DNA of 64,000 bases from an uncultured delta proteobacterium (GCA_963771175.1 CAVYSY010000008.1:1-64000), one strand, 5' to 3'. Counted from the first letter of the stretch, positions 10,554-24,557 are shown. The notes: generated by a model from the letters alone, not told the origin. Numbers and translations: made by a program.

Positions 10554-12558
10554 ATGACGCTCTCGAGTCGGGAGGCTCCCTACGGTTCCTGGAAGTCCCC
10601 CATCACCGCTGATCTCCTCGCCACCCAGTCGCTCTCCCTGGGAGAGGTGGCCGTCGATGGGGACGACGTGTACTGGCAGGAGATCCGCCCGGGCGAGCGG
10701 GGACGGCACGCCATCGTGCGGCGCACCGCGGACGGGGCGCTCTCGGAGATCCTCCCCCTGCCGGGTGAGGGAAAGCCGGCCTACAGCTCGCGCAGCCTGG
10801 TGTACGGGCAGGGCGGCGGCTCCTTCGCGGTGTCCGAGGGGCTGGTCATCTTCGTCAACCACACCCCCACCGGGACGAACCCGGATCAGCGGTTGTACCG
10901 GGTGAACCCGGGCCGCACGCCGGTGCCGCTCACGCCGGACACGGGCGGCAAGCACCGCTTCGGGGACCTCGTCATGGATCGCTCGCGCAACCGCGTGCTG
11001 GCCGTGCGCGAGGACTGGCGCAACCTGAAGGACGGTCAGCCGCGCATCTCGCTGGTGGCGGTGGACCTCGACGGGCAGAAGCAGCGGGTGCTGGCCGAGG
11101 GCCGGGACTTCTACTCCTCGCCGACCCTGAGCCCCAATGGCCGGCGCCTGGCGTGGCTCGCCTGGGACTACCCCTGCATGCCGTGGGACGGCTGCGAGCT
11201 GTGGGTGGCGGACGTGGACGAGGACGGCACGCTGCACCACCCGAGGCTGGTGGCCGGCGGCACCACCGAGTCCATCTTCCAGCCCGAGTGGTCTCCGCAG
11301 GGCGAGCTGTACTTCGTGAGCGACCGCAACAACTGGTGGAACCTCTACCGGCTGCAGGGGCGCAGCGTGGTGCCGGTGCTGGAGCGCAAGGCGGAGTTCG
11401 GCACGGCCCAGTGGAGCCTGGGCATGTCCACGTATGCCTTCATCTCGCCGCGGCACGTGGTGTGCGCCTTCAACGAGCAGGGCCAGTGGAAGCTGGGGCG
11501 GATGGACGTGGTGCTCGGCCAGTTCGCCGAGCTGAGCACGCCCTACACGGACGTCGTCCAGGTGCGCGGGGGCTTCGCCACGGCGTACTTCGTGGGCGGT
11601 GGGCCGGAGCACCCCGCCTCGGTGGTGCGGCTGGACATGGAGTCGGGCAAGCCACAGGTGCTGAAGACCTCCAGCCGGCTGCCCGAGGAGCTCACGCCGT
11701 ACCTGTCGCGCTGCGAGCCGCTGCACTACCCCACCACCGAGCTGGGCGAAGCCCACGCCTGGTACTACCCGCCCCGCAACCCGGACTACTCCGCGCCGGC
11801 CGGCGAGAAGCCGCCCCTGCTCGATCATGAGCCACGGCGGCCCCACGGCGTCCGCCTCGACGACGCTGGACTGGACCATCCAGTACTTCACCAGCCGGGG
11901 CTTCGGCGTGGTGGACGTCAACTACCGGGGCAGCACCGGCTACGGCCGCGAGTACCGCCTGTCGCTGTACGGCAACTGGGGCGTGATGGACGTGGATGAC
12001 TGCGCCAACGCCGCGCTGCGGCTGGTGCAGGAGGGCAAGGTGGACGCGAAGCGGCTGGCGGCTCGGGGCAGTGGCACGGGGGGCTACACCACCCTGTCCC
12101 TGCTGGCGTTCCGCGACATCCTCCGCTGCGGCACCAGCCTCGCGAGCGTCTCCAACCTGGAGCTGCTGGTGGAGCACTCGGAGAAGTTCGAGGCCCACTA
12201 CCTGGACCAGGTGCTCGGACCCCTGCCCGAGTCCAAGCAGCTCTTGCAGGACCGCTCGCCCTGCGTCCACATGGACCACAACAAGCGCAGCCCCATCCTC
12301 TTCATCCAGCCCCGGCATGACACCTGGGTGCCGACGCGGGAGACGGAGGAGATGGTGCGCAAGCTGCGGGCCAACGGCGTGCCCACCGCGGTACTGCTCA
12401 TCGAGGGAGAGCCGCGGGCGCCGCGTGGCACCGTGGAGCTCAAGCGGACGCTGGAGGCCGAGCTGTCCTTCTACTCGCGGGTGATGGGCTTCCCGCCCGC
12501 GGAGCCGCTGGAGCCGCTGGCCCTCGAGCCGGCGCTGTCCGAGCCCTCGCACCGCTGA
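10554..12558 (+). CDS. S9 (prolyl oligopeptidase/acylaminoacyl peptidase) family homolog with degenerate catalytic residues; frameshift near 11822
   Basis: APYGSWKSPITA, MPWDG, HGGPT and DVNYRGSTGYGREYR motifs. Nucleophile elbow reads RGSGTGG; the His site reads EGEPRA. Confidence 0.88.
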
Positions 12559-12691
12559 GCCTCGGGCCGCACGAGGGGAGGCAGGCGGGCGAGCGCCATG
12601 AGCGCCGCCCGACCTCCGTGCTTCGTCGGGAGGGAGCGCGCGGTTGAAGCGTGAGCCCTGGATTGTCAGCTTCCCTACACCGGGAGCGCGG

Positions 12692-13666
12692 ATGAACCCA
12701 GAGCAGGTATCGCCGTGGGAGTGGGGCCTCTTCGGGGTCATCGTGCTGGCGATGATCCTCGTCGACCTGGTGGCCCACCACCGGATGCACGGGGAGTCGA
12801 AGAAGGCGGCGTATGCCTGGAGCGTCGCGTGGATTGTCGTCGGCCTGTCCTTCGCGGGCTTCATCTGGGCGAGGCACGGAGACAATGCCGCGCAGGAGTA
12901 CCTGGGCGCCTACCTCATCGAGAAGAGCCTCAGCCTGGACAACCTCTTCGTCTTCCTCGTCATCTTCGCCAGCCTGAACGTGCCCGAGGACAATCAGCGG
13001 TGGGTGCTCTTCTGGGGCATCTTCGGGGCGCTCGTCTTCCGGGCCGTGTTCATCTTGCTGGGGCTGGAGGCGCTGGAGCACTGGCACTGGGTGGTCTACA
13101 TCTTCGGCGCCATCCTGCTCGTCGCGGCCTGGCGCGTGGCGCGCCGACACCCCTCCGAGGAGTCCGACAGCAAGGTGGTGGACTGGCTGGAGAGGCGCCT
13201 GCCGGTGACGAAGGAGTTCGAGGGCGAGAAGTTCTTCACGAGGGTGGACGGCAAGCGGCAGGGGACGCCGCTGCTCATCGCGCTGCTGTCCATCGAGCTG
13301 ACGGACATAGCCTTCGCCATCGACTCGGTGCCGGCGGCGCTGGCGGTGAGCCACAACCTCTTCATCGTCTATACGTCCAACGTCTTCGCCATCCTCGGGC
13401 TGCGGGCGCTCTACATCGCGCTGGCCAAGACGGTGCACGAGATGCGCTACCTGCACTGGGGGCTCGCCGGCGTGCTCGGGTTCGCCGGATTGAAGATGAT
13501 CGCCTCGGATTGGGTTCACGTGCCGCCGCTGCTCTCGGTGGCGGTCATCGTGGTGTGCATCGGCGTCTCGGTGTGGGCGAGCCTGCACGCGCGCAAGAAG
13601 GCGGCGGCCAGGGCATCGAGGGACGAGCGGTCCCGCGACGAGAGGCACGAAGAGCTCCACGCGTGA
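12692..13666 (+). CDS. TerC/Alx family membrane protein
   Basis: [45 protein letters not shown]. Confidence 0.93.
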   Translation: MNPEQVSPWEWGLFGVIVLAMILVDLVAHHRMHGESKKAAYAWSVAWIVVGLSFAGFIWARHGDNAAQEYLGAYLIEKSLSLDNLFVFLVIFASLNVPEDNQRWVLFWGIFGALVFRAVFILLGLEALEHWHWVVYIFGAILLVAAWRVARRHPSEESDSKVVDWLERRLPVTKEFEGEKFFTRVDGKRQGTPLLIALLSIELTDIAFAIDSVPAALAVSHNLFIVYTSNVFAILGLRALYIALAKTVHEMRYLHWGLAGVLGFAGLKMIASDWVHVPPLLSVAVIVVCIGVSVWASLHARKKAAARASRDERSRDERHEELHA

Positions 13667-13675
13667 GCCACGGGC

Positions 13676-16324
<2,649 letters not shown>

Positions 16325-16479
16325 CCCTCCCGCGCTCCTCGCGCAAGCTAGGGACGTGCCTGATCGGGGAACACCGGGCCCAGGCAAGCGATCGGGCCCC
16401 TCCTCTTCCGACCCCGTCCACCAGGGCGATGCGTACCCGCCCCGCGCGAGCCACGTTGGACGCCACGGAGGGAAACACC

Positions 16480-16647
16480 ATGCCCGACTACGAGTTCTTC
16501 TGTCGCAAGTGCAAGCGCCCCTTCACCCAGCACATGCACATCCAGGAGCACGACGACCATGTGGCCGAGTGCCCCAGGTGCCACCGCACCCAGGAGGTGG
16601 AGAAGCGCATCGCCAGCGTCAACGTGGTGACCACCAAGAAGTCCTGA
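16480..16647 (+). CDS. FmdB-family zinc-ribbon protein
   Basis: MPDYEFFCRKC...CPRC, 55 aa. Confidence 0.85.
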   Translation: MPDYEFFCRKCKRPFTQHMHIQEHDDHVAECPRCHRTQEVEKRIASVNVVTTKKS

Positions 16648-16678
16648 AGCGATGAGCTGAACGCCCCCTCAAACGAAA

Positions 16679-16706
16679 CCGGCGCCCCCTGCGAAGGGAG
16701 CGCCGG
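16679..16706. terminator. Probable intrinsic terminator between convergent genes
   Basis: CCGGCGCCCCCT-GCGA-AGGGAGCGCCGG hairpin preceded by AAACGAAA (T-rich tail on the minus strand). Confidence 0.6.
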
Positions 16707-16740
16707 CCGTGAAGCCCCGAGGGGCGGAGTGCCGCGACTG

Positions 16741-17244
16741 CTACTTCGCGGCCTTCTGCTGCTCCTCCACCTTCGCCTTCAGACCCAGCAGCATCGCGCG
16801 GGCGCGCACGCTGGAGGGACGCTTGGCCTCGGGATCCGCCTCCACGGCGGCCTTCAGGTCGTTGAGCGCCTCGACGATCTTGTTCGTCCGCAGGTACATC
16901 TCCCCGCGACCCGCCAGCGCATCCACGTTGGCCTTGTTGTACGTGAGGGCCGTCGAGTAGACCTCGAGGGCCGTCTCGAACTCCTCCTTGGCGGCGTACA
17001 CGGTCGCCAGGTGGCAGTGGAAGACGCTGTCGTACGGAGAGGCCGCGACGAGTCCCTTGTAGATGTTCATCGCCGACTCGAGCTGACCCGTCTGCAACAT
17101 CTGGTAGCCCATGTTGGCGATGGAATACAGGGTGTTCTGGCTCAGGCCGACGAACTGGGCGACCGTCATCTCGCCCCGGATGAGCCGCTCGGCCATCTCC
17201 GGGGGAACGTTGACCTGCTTGCTGGGGATGCTGTTGGTCTGCAT
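16741..17244 (-). CDS. SycD/LcrH-like TPR chaperone
   Basis: GEMTVAQFVGLSQNTLYSIANMGYQMLQTGQLESAMNIYKGLVAASPYD followed by TPR helices, the class II T3SS chaperone pattern. Confidence 0.75.
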   Translation of the reverse strand: MQTNSIPSKQVNVPPEMAERLIRGEMTVAQFVGLSQNTLYSIANMGYQMLQTGQLESAMNIYKGLVAASPYDSVFHCHLATVYAAKEEFETALEVYSTALTYNKANVDALAGRGEMYLRTNKIVEALNDLKAAVEADPEAKRPSSVRARAMLLGLKAKVEEQQKAAK

Positions 17245-17266
17245 CGAGGCTCTCGTCTCCGAGGGT

Positions 17267-18328
17267 TTACGCCGAGAACGACGTCGTCATGCGGCGGTTG
17301 AGCGAATCGGCCAGCCGCAGGATGTCGCCCATCTGGTTGAACATGCGGCCCAGGTCCTTGAACGTGTTGTCCATGCCCGTCTTGTAGTCGCCCGGGTTCC
17401 AGCAGCCGGGGAAGCGCGGGAGCTGGTTGGTCTGGCCCGGACGGGGGCTGCCACCCATGAACGGGGGCACGAAGGGCGGGGGAAGCTGCTTGGGCTGCTT
17501 GAACATGTCCTCGATCTGCTTGAAGAGCTGATCGACGATCTGGCTCGCCCACTGCTCGGGGCCACCGAACTTCTTGGTGGTGTCCACCAGCGGCTTCATG
17601 TCGTTGCCCAGCTTGAAGGACTCGCCGCCGTTGTTGCTGCCGACGATCTCCTTGCCCTGGAAGGTCCAGTCGTCGCCGTCACCGCCCAGCACGAAGGCGT
17701 CATTCTTGCCGAAGCTGTTGACGTGCGCGAAGCCGTCCTGGGTGACCGCGCCGGGCTTGCCCTTGCCCTTGTCGATGTCCGTCACCTGCACGCGCTCGTT
17801 GCCGGCGATGATCTCCAGCCCCTTGGTCACCGTCATGTTGGGGTTGCCGGACCAGGGCGTGGTGTCGCAGTTGATGCGGGTGCCGTCGGGCAGCACGAAG
17901 GTGGAGTCGCGCTTGAAGTCCCACTTGGTGCCGTCGCTCTCCTCCACGTGCGGGTCACCCCAGATGCGGGTGGACTTCTTGCCGTCCGGAGCGGTGATGG
18001 TCCACTCGAACTGCTTGGTGGCCTCGAGCTTATAGCCGCCCGGGGTGGTGATGACGCCGTCCTTGCCCACGGACAGGCTGCCCGCCGGGGGCGCCGAGTC
18101 GATGGGGTTGGGCGGCTGGCACTGGGGCGTGTGACCACCGAGGATGGAGCCGAGCTGGTCGCCGAGCTGCTTGAAGGCCTGCTCGAAGGCGCTCAGCACC
18201 GCATGGCCCACCACCGCGGTGACCGTGGCCTGCACCATCTGGGCAACGTTCTTCTCGATGGGCCGCTGCAGGGCCTCCATGCCCTTCATCGTGTGGAAAT
18301 TCGCACCACCCAAACCATTGATCGACAT
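17267..18328 (-). CDS. DUF1521-like protein, candidate type III substrate
   Basis: TRIWGDPHV..DG..WDFK.DSTFVLPDGTRI motif; MSINGLGG N-terminus; no Sec signal. Confidence 0.7.
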   Translation of the reverse strand: MSINGLGGANFHTMKGMEALQRPIEKNVAQMVQATVTAVVGHAVLSAFEQAFKQLGDQLGSILGGHTPQCQPPNPIDSAPPAGSLSVGKDGVITTPGGYKLEATKQFEWTITAPDGKKSTRIWGDPHVEESDGTKWDFKRDSTFVLPDGTRINCDTTPWSGNPNMTVTKGLEIIAGNERVQVTDIDKGKGKPGAVTQDGFAHVNSFGKNDAFVLGGDGDDWTFQGKEIVGSNNGGESFKLGNDMKPLVDTTKKFGGPEQWASQIVDQLFKQIEDMFKQPKQLPPPFVPPFMGGSPRPGQTNQLPRFPGCWNPGDYKTGMDNTFKDLGRMFNQMGDILRLADSLNRRMTTSFSA

Positions 18329-18676
18329 GTCACTGCCTCCGTTGATCGAAAGTGCTCTGCTGGAGACGCGAGGTCTCCCCGGTGGGCCCCACCCCTCTGT
18401 GAAGGCCCCCCCGGAGCACTGAACTCATTTTGGTTTTCGACACCGGAACACCAAAAGTTTCGTCGGAATCGTCATGACCTTCATGATCTTCCAACGCGGA
18501 GCCCGCCAGAACGGACTCACGGGGAATTAGAGCGTTTCGAGCACTCGCCGTCGAGCCCCCGCATAACATTTCCCCCCCAATGGAAATCGGCTCGCCCGGC
18601 CGGGCGCCAGGTGTCAAGGCAATGATGGGAGCCCCTCCAAGTGAGCAAGTCAGGTGCAACTTTTCGGGACTTGGGT

Positions 18677-18688
18677 TATTGCGCAATA
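18677..18688. promoter_or_regulatory. Perfect 12-bp palindrome just upstream of the fur-like gene; candidate autoregulatory operator
   Basis: TATTGCGCAATA, ending 5 bp before the ATG at 18694. Confidence 0.45.
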
Positions 18689-18693
18689 CAACG

Positions 18694-19144
18694 ATGGCTG
18701 CCAGGAAGACCGCCCCCCAGCCCAAGCTCGTCGAGTACCAGGAACGCCTCCGCGCCTTCGGACTGCGAAGCACCGCCCCCCGGGTGGCGGTGCTGCGGGA
18801 GTTGGAGTCCGCCTCCGCGCCACTGAGCCACGCGGACCTGGTGGAGTCCCTCGGCAACGAGGGCTATGACCGGGTCACCATCTACCGCAACCTCACGGAC
18901 CTGACCGAGGCCGGCCTGGTGGTGCGCGCGGACCTGGGCGACCATGTGTGGCGCTTCGAGCTCAAGCGCGAGGAGAAGTCGCACCAGGGCTCGCACCCGC
19001 ACTTCACCTGCACCGACTGCGGCACGGTCGCCTGCCTGCCCTCCGACGTCCGTCCGCCTCACCTCCGCCAAGGGTGCCCCCAAGGCGGTGACCGCCCGCT
19101 CGGTGGACATCCAGCTTCGCGGCCTGTGTGACCGCTGCGGCTAG
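18694..19144 (+). CDS. Fur-family transcriptional regulator (frameshift near 19050)
   Basis: GLRSTAPRVAVL, VTIYRNL, HPHFTCTDCG, GLCDRC. Confidence 0.92.
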
Positions 19145-19275
19145 AGCCCCCGCCTTCCCGCCTGCCCTCCAGACGGCACCCCTCGGCCCCTCCGTTGCAG
19201 GGTTGGCGCCACTCCCTCCGCTCCCCACCGTTGTCCGGCAGGTCATCCGACCATGGACGACACGGAGGGGTCATC

Positions 19276-19728
19276 ATGAAGAAGCTTGTAGCCGCACTGG
19301 TCCTCACCCTGGGCACCGCCGCGCTGGCGCAGCAGGCTGAGCAGAACACCCAGGCCCAGGAGGAGCAGAAGCGCAACGAGGGCCGTCGAATCAGCACGGG
19401 CGTCGACGCCACCGATGTGGGCCATGCCGCCACGAAGGCAGTGGGCCTGGAGAGCTCGCAGGAAGGCACCTTCAAGAAGGAGAAGGCCTTCACCATGAAC
19501 GGCACCTTGAAGGGAGCCGCTTACGACGGCATCACCCTCGCTCGACAGGGCCTGCCGGACGCGGACCTGGACGTGCGCAAGGAGACCCAGGTGAAGCTGG
19601 ACGGCAAGACGGTGGAGGTGGGCGCCATCCCCGAGGGAGCGGAGGTGCGCGCCCGGTTCCAGCTCGAGGGTGAGGAGATCGTCGCGGTGGAGCTCAACGC
19701 CAAGAGCCCCAAGGGCGGCGCCAAGTAG
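19276..19728 (+). CDS. Small secreted hypothetical protein
   Basis: MKKLVAALVLTLGTAALA signal peptide; RBS GGAGG; beta-rich C-terminal domain. Confidence 0.75.
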   Translation: MKKLVAALVLTLGTAALAQQAEQNTQAQEEQKRNEGRRISTGVDATDVGHAATKAVGLESSQEGTFKKEKAFTMNGTLKGAAYDGITLARQGLPDADLDVRKETQVKLDGKTVEVGAIPEGAEVRARFQLEGEEIVAVELNAKSPKGGAK

Positions 19729-20030
19729 AGCAACGAGAAGGGTACTCGGCGGGGCACCCAGGGAAACCCGGGCACCCCACCGGCTCCCCCCGCGGAAAAG
19801 CGTGACACTCCGTCGCTGACGAAGCATCGGGCCCGTTTCCCTCGCCGGGGAACGGGCCCGGTTGCATTCCGCCCTGGCCCGGCGAGCCGCGGGAACACGC
19901 GGGGCACTCCGCTTCCCTCCCTGGCGCCGCACGCGCCCCGCCCGTTCCACCGCGTGTCACCGCCGCCCTTCCGGTACGCGGCTTGCTCCATCCCGGGTGT
20001 TTCGAGATGGCCCGAGGAGGCGGGAAGGCG

Positions 20031-21503
20031 ATGCGCGGACTGTTGGGGGCGTGGGCGGTGGGAGCAATGGTGGCGTGGGGATGCGGGACGACGGACGAGC
20101 CGTCACCGCTGGTGGACGACAACCCGTCCGCGCAGGAGCCGTCGCCAACGGACAAGGAACAGCCGGACGCCGGCACCCCGCCCGACGCGGGCAACCCGGA
20201 CGGCGGCTCGAATCCGGGCAACACGGACGGGGGCTCGAATCCAGGCAACACGGACGGCGGCACCGGCGATGGTGGCACGGAGCCGGAGGTGACGCAGGGG
20301 CCATGGCCGAACGAGCAGCTGGTGAACTACTCGCGGCGCTACGGGCTCGGCCGCGTGCGCGCGGTGGCCGTGGACGACGCGTACAACATCTGGCTGCTGG
20401 ACGGTGACCGCATCGGCGTGCTGCGCCCCGGGGACACCGCGCCCCACTGGACGGCCGGCGTGGGCCAGGCGGCTCCGGGCTTCGGCGAGGACAAGCTGGC
20501 CGATGGCTCCACCGTCATCTGCGGTGGCAGCGAGGGCCGCGCCTACGTGGGCTACTCCACCGACGAGCTGAGCCCCGCCTTCATCTACAGCCCGGATGGT
20601 CGCCACATCGACGACGGCTACCACTCCACGGACGCGAGCCGCTACGACCCGGTCCGCTACCTGGAGTACCAGAAGGGGGACCTGGACGTGGTGCGGCTGG
20701 AGCCGGACGGCCGCGTGGTGCTGGAGGAGCACCTGCGGCGCTCGGCCACGCCCAACGGGCCGCAGGACATCGGCATCCGCAACACCAACGACCACCACTT
20801 CGACGAGGACCGCTCGGTGCTGAGCTGCGTGAAGGTGATGCGCGGCCGGGACAAGGGCGAAATCTACATCGGCACCAACCACGGCGTGACGCGCATCAAG
20901 GGGCTCGTCTACAACAGCCACCGGCACCCGGTGTGGTTCGAGCCCAAGCCGAACGGCAACGGCAAGACGCAGAAGGCCGGCTACACGTACGCGCTGGGCA
21001 TCTCGCCGAGTGGCGACGTACTCATCGGCAACGACTGGATGGTGGGCGTGGTGACGCCGTCGCCGAACCTGGTGGAGTGGGACCGGGTCGACGAGACGCT
21101 CAACCCGGAGAAGCTCAACGCCCACCTCCCCGAGGTCAACAGCCTGCCGGACAAGGACTTCTGGCGCGGCATCCAGCAGACCCCGGACGGCCGCTACTAC
21201 CTGGCCAGCAAGGACTTCGGGCTGTGGCAGATGACCATCCTGCGCCGCTCCGAGGCCAAGGGCGCCAAGGTGGCCGGGCTGCCCACGGATGCGCTCACCT
21301 CGCTGGCGGCCACGGACGATGGCTCGCTCTTCATCGGCACCAGCGGCTCCGGCCTCTGGCGGCTGAATGAGAAGAAGCAGCTCTCGCGCGTGGGCGGCGT
21401 GGATGGCGGCCAGGTGGAGCAGCTCCTCTATGATCCCACGGTGAAGCCGACAATGCTCTACGTGCTCACGAACAAGGGACTCACCGTCCTGCGTGGCCAC
21501 TAG
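20031..21503 (+). CDS. Lipoprotein with DGG/DAG low-complexity linker and probable beta-propeller
   Basis: Lipobox VAWGC, NPGNTDGG repeats, propeller-like strands (DGSLFIGTSGSGLWRL). Confidence 0.75.
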   Translation: MRGLLGAWAVGAMVAWGCGTTDEPSPLVDDNPSAQEPSPTDKEQPDAGTPPDAGNPDGGSNPGNTDGGSNPGNTDGGTGDGGTEPEVTQGPWPNEQLVNYSRRYGLGRVRAVAVDDAYNIWLLDGDRIGVLRPGDTAPHWTAGVGQAAPGFGEDKLADGSTVICGGSEGRAYVGYSTDELSPAFIYSPDGRHIDDGYHSTDASRYDPVRYLEYQKGDLDVVRLEPDGRVVLEEHLRRSATPNGPQDIGIRNTNDHHFDEDRSVLSCVKVMRGRDKGEIYIGTNHGVTRIKGLVYNSHRHPVWFEPKPNGNGKTQKAGYTYALGISPSGDVLIGNDWMVGVVTPSPNLVEWDRVDETLNPEKLNAHLPEVNSLPDKDFWRGIQQTPDGRYYLASKDFGLWQMTILRRSEAKGAKVAGLPTDALTSLAATDDGSLFIGTSGSGLWRLNEKKQLSRVGGVDGGQVEQLLYDPTVKPTMLYVLTNKGLTVLRGH

Positions 21504-21710
21504 GCCCCAGGCGGCCACCAGCAGGGTCGTCCCGTCACCGGGCCGCCGGGCTTCATGCCGACGGCCCGGAATTTTGGGGGGCGTGTCGGACTTTACCTTC
21601 CGCCCGCTGACACCGGCAGGAGACCGGGCAGGCATGCGCTACCGCCCACCCTCGTCCTCCGGGGCCCGTGTCCGCTACAATGAGAGCCGTCCCCTGACGG
21701 AAGGAAAAGC

Positions 21711-22640
21711 ATGCGCCTGAGACTCGCCCGTCGCCGCTCCGCCGCCCAGGCAGTGGAAGCCATCTCCGTTCCCAGCCCCGGACAGCACCGGAACCAGATG
21801 ATGCGGAACGAGCTGAGGGCGCACACGCCGGATCCGCTGCGTCCGGACGAGCGGCTGCGCAGGCGCGACCACTTCACCCTCTCGGAGAACGAGCTGCACG
21901 TGCCGGGGCTGCACCCGGGAGCACGACGGGCTGCGCATCGCGCAGCTGTCGGACATCCACGTCGGCCAGGCGACCTCGGCGGTGCGCATCCGCCGCGCGG
22001 TGGACGAGGTCAACGCGCGCAGCCCGGACCTCGTCTTCCTCACCGGCGACTACGTCACCCACAGCCCCAAGCCGCTGCCGCGCGTGCCTCGAGCTGCTGA
22101 CGCGGCTTCAGCGGCCCGGTGTTCGTGGTGCTGGGCAACCATGACCACTGGGTGGACGCGCACCACCTGCGCCGCGGCTTCGAGCGCCTGGGCTACACGG
22201 TGCTGCAGAACGAGCACCGGGTGGTGCACGTGCGCGGGGCGCCGGCGCACCGTCCTGGGCATCGACGACGGGCGCACGGGCCGCGACGACGTGGAGAGCG
22301 ACCTTCCGCGGCGCGCCGCGACTCGGGCACGCGGCTGGTGCTCACGCACGCGCCGCCCACCATCGAGAAGCTGCCGCCGGACGGCAACCTGGTGCAGTTC
22401 TCGCGGGCACACGCACGGCGGCCAGTTCGTGGTGCGCGGCCTCACCGAGGCCATCTTCCGGCGCGCGGGCCAGCCCTACATCCGCGGCCACTACCACGTG
22501 CGCGGCAACCAGCTCTACGTGAACAGGGGGCTGGGCTTCGGCTTCGGCGGGCCGTACCTGCGGCGCGGCACCTACCCGGAGGTGGCCTTCTTCACCCTGC
22601 GGCACGGCGAGACCGCTGCGTGGCGCCGCGGTGAGCTCAG
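21711..22640 (+). CDS. Calcineurin-like metallophosphoesterase (frameshifted)
   Basis: QLSDIH, LTGDY, VLGNHD, GHTHGGQ and LYVNRGLG motifs in successive frames. Confidence 0.88.
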
Positions 22641-24557
22641 GCGGAGTGGGCCTGTCCCCGACATCTCGCCACGGACAGAGCCGGCGCGCATCCCTCGGCA
22701 GGACGCACCGTGAACGTGGTGCCCTCCGCCTCCGTGGAGCGCACCTCCACGCTGCCCTCCGTGCGCGCTCGACGAGCTCGCGCACGACGAACAACCCCAG
22801 CCCGAGCCCACTGCAGCCGGTCACTGCCGCCTCGACACCTGACGGAAGGGGTCGAACAGCGTGGCCAGCAGCTCGCTGGGGATGGGCGGCCCTCGGTTGT
22901 GGATCTCCAGCACCTGCCCGCTCCGCGCTCGCTGCAGCGCACGGCGACGCGGTCGGTGCCGTCCGGCGAGCCGTGCTCCAGCGCGTTGCCCACCAGGTTG
23001 CTCACGACCTGGCCAACCGGTCCGGGTCCCACACGCCCTCGCCCTCGCCCTCCAGCTCGAAGGTGATGCGGCGCCCCGGGTACACCGCCGACAGCTCCTC
23101 CACCACCTGCTGGCACACCCGGTGCAGCACGCACGGTCTTCAGGTCCAGCGGAATCCCCCCGGACAGCCGCGCCCGCGTCAGGTCGAGGATGTCGGAGAT
23201 CATGTTCCCCATGCGCGCCGCGCACGCCTCGATGCGCTGCGCCAGCTGCTGCGCCGCGGGGCCGCCCGCGCCGCCGCAGCGCCCGCGCCGACAGCGAGAT
23301 GGCATTGAGCGGGTTGCGCAGGTCATGCCCGAGGATGCCGATGAAGCGCTCGCGGAACTGCGCCTCCTCCTCCATCCGCTCCAACGTGCGCTTGCGCTCG
23401 GTGATGTCCATCATCGAGCCGATCATCCGCGTCGCGCGTCCCTGGGCGTCGCGAGCCACCAGCCCCCGGTCCAGCACATGGGCATACGTGCCGTCCTTGC
23501 GCAGGAAGCGGTACTCGGCCGACCACGAGTCTCCGTCCGACTCCACCACCTGATTCAGCCCCTCCAGCACCCTCCGCCGATCCTCGGGATGGAGCTGCTC
23601 CGTCCACCAGGTGAGGTCACCCATCTCCTCGGGCGGGTAGCCGAACAGGGAGAGGCTCGCCTCGCCCCAGTGGATGTGGTCGGTGATGGGGCTCCAGTCC
23701 CAGAGCACGTCATTGGTGGCCCAGGTCGCCAGCCGATAGCGCTCCTCGGCCTCGCGCAGCGCCGCCTGCGCCCGCTCGCGCTCGGTGCAGTCCATCACCA
23801 CGCCCAGCAGCCGCGAGGGCCGGTCGCTCTCGTGGAAGGTCCGCCCCACCGCCTCGTAGCAGCGCACCGAGCCGTCCGCCCACAGTCCGCGGAACAGGAA
23901 GGAGTAGGGGCCCCGCGCGAGCAGCCCCTGCGCGATGGCCTCGGACACCCGCGTCCGGTCATTCGGGTGGACGCAGGCCAGGAAGCTCGCCAGCGAGTCC
24001 CCCGTCCCCCCCGGTGGCTGGCCGAAGAAGAGGTCCACGTTGGGGGACCAGGTGACGGTGCGCCGCGCCTCCGCCCACTCCCACGTCACCATCCCCGCCG
24101 TCTCCAGCGCCAACCGCAGGTGCTCCTCACGGGCCCGCAGGGCCTGCTCCCGCTCCAGCGCCTCGTGCAGCGAGCGCCGCGTCGCGTGGACCCCGGTGAT
24201 GTCGAAGAGCCACAGTGAGAAGCCATCGCCCTGCTTCATCGCCTGCGCCCGGAACCAGCGCTCAGTGCCCCCCGGGCGGCAGCCCAGCTCGAAGGAGAGG
24301 GGTTGGCCCTCCTCCACCACCTGGCCCAGCGCCATCCGCGCCGGCAGGCCCTCCACCACCGTGGCCCACGAGGACAGCGAGCGCTCCAGGCCCAGGTCGC
24401 GCACGAGCACCTCGGCCGCCGGGTTGAGGACCCCCCACTGGAAGTCGAGCAGCGTGCCGGCTTCATCCCGGACGGACTGGAACAGGACGCATGGGGCCGG
24501 ACACTCGGCATGGAGTCTCCATGCGAGTTCGGGCTCTGGAATCCACAATGAAGCCAT
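22637..24557 (-). CDS. Multi-PAS sensor histidine kinase (frameshifted 3' part)
   Basis: PAS/PAC (VHPNDR, LHPEDR, MMDITERK), GILGHDLRNPL, NLVGNA, GLGLGL. Confidence 0.9.

Noticed and set aside
20196..20260. Short tandem repeat (about 27 bp) as CRISPR or VNTR
   Set aside because: In-frame coding repeat (NPGNTDGGS) in a lipoprotein linker; no spacers or cas genes.
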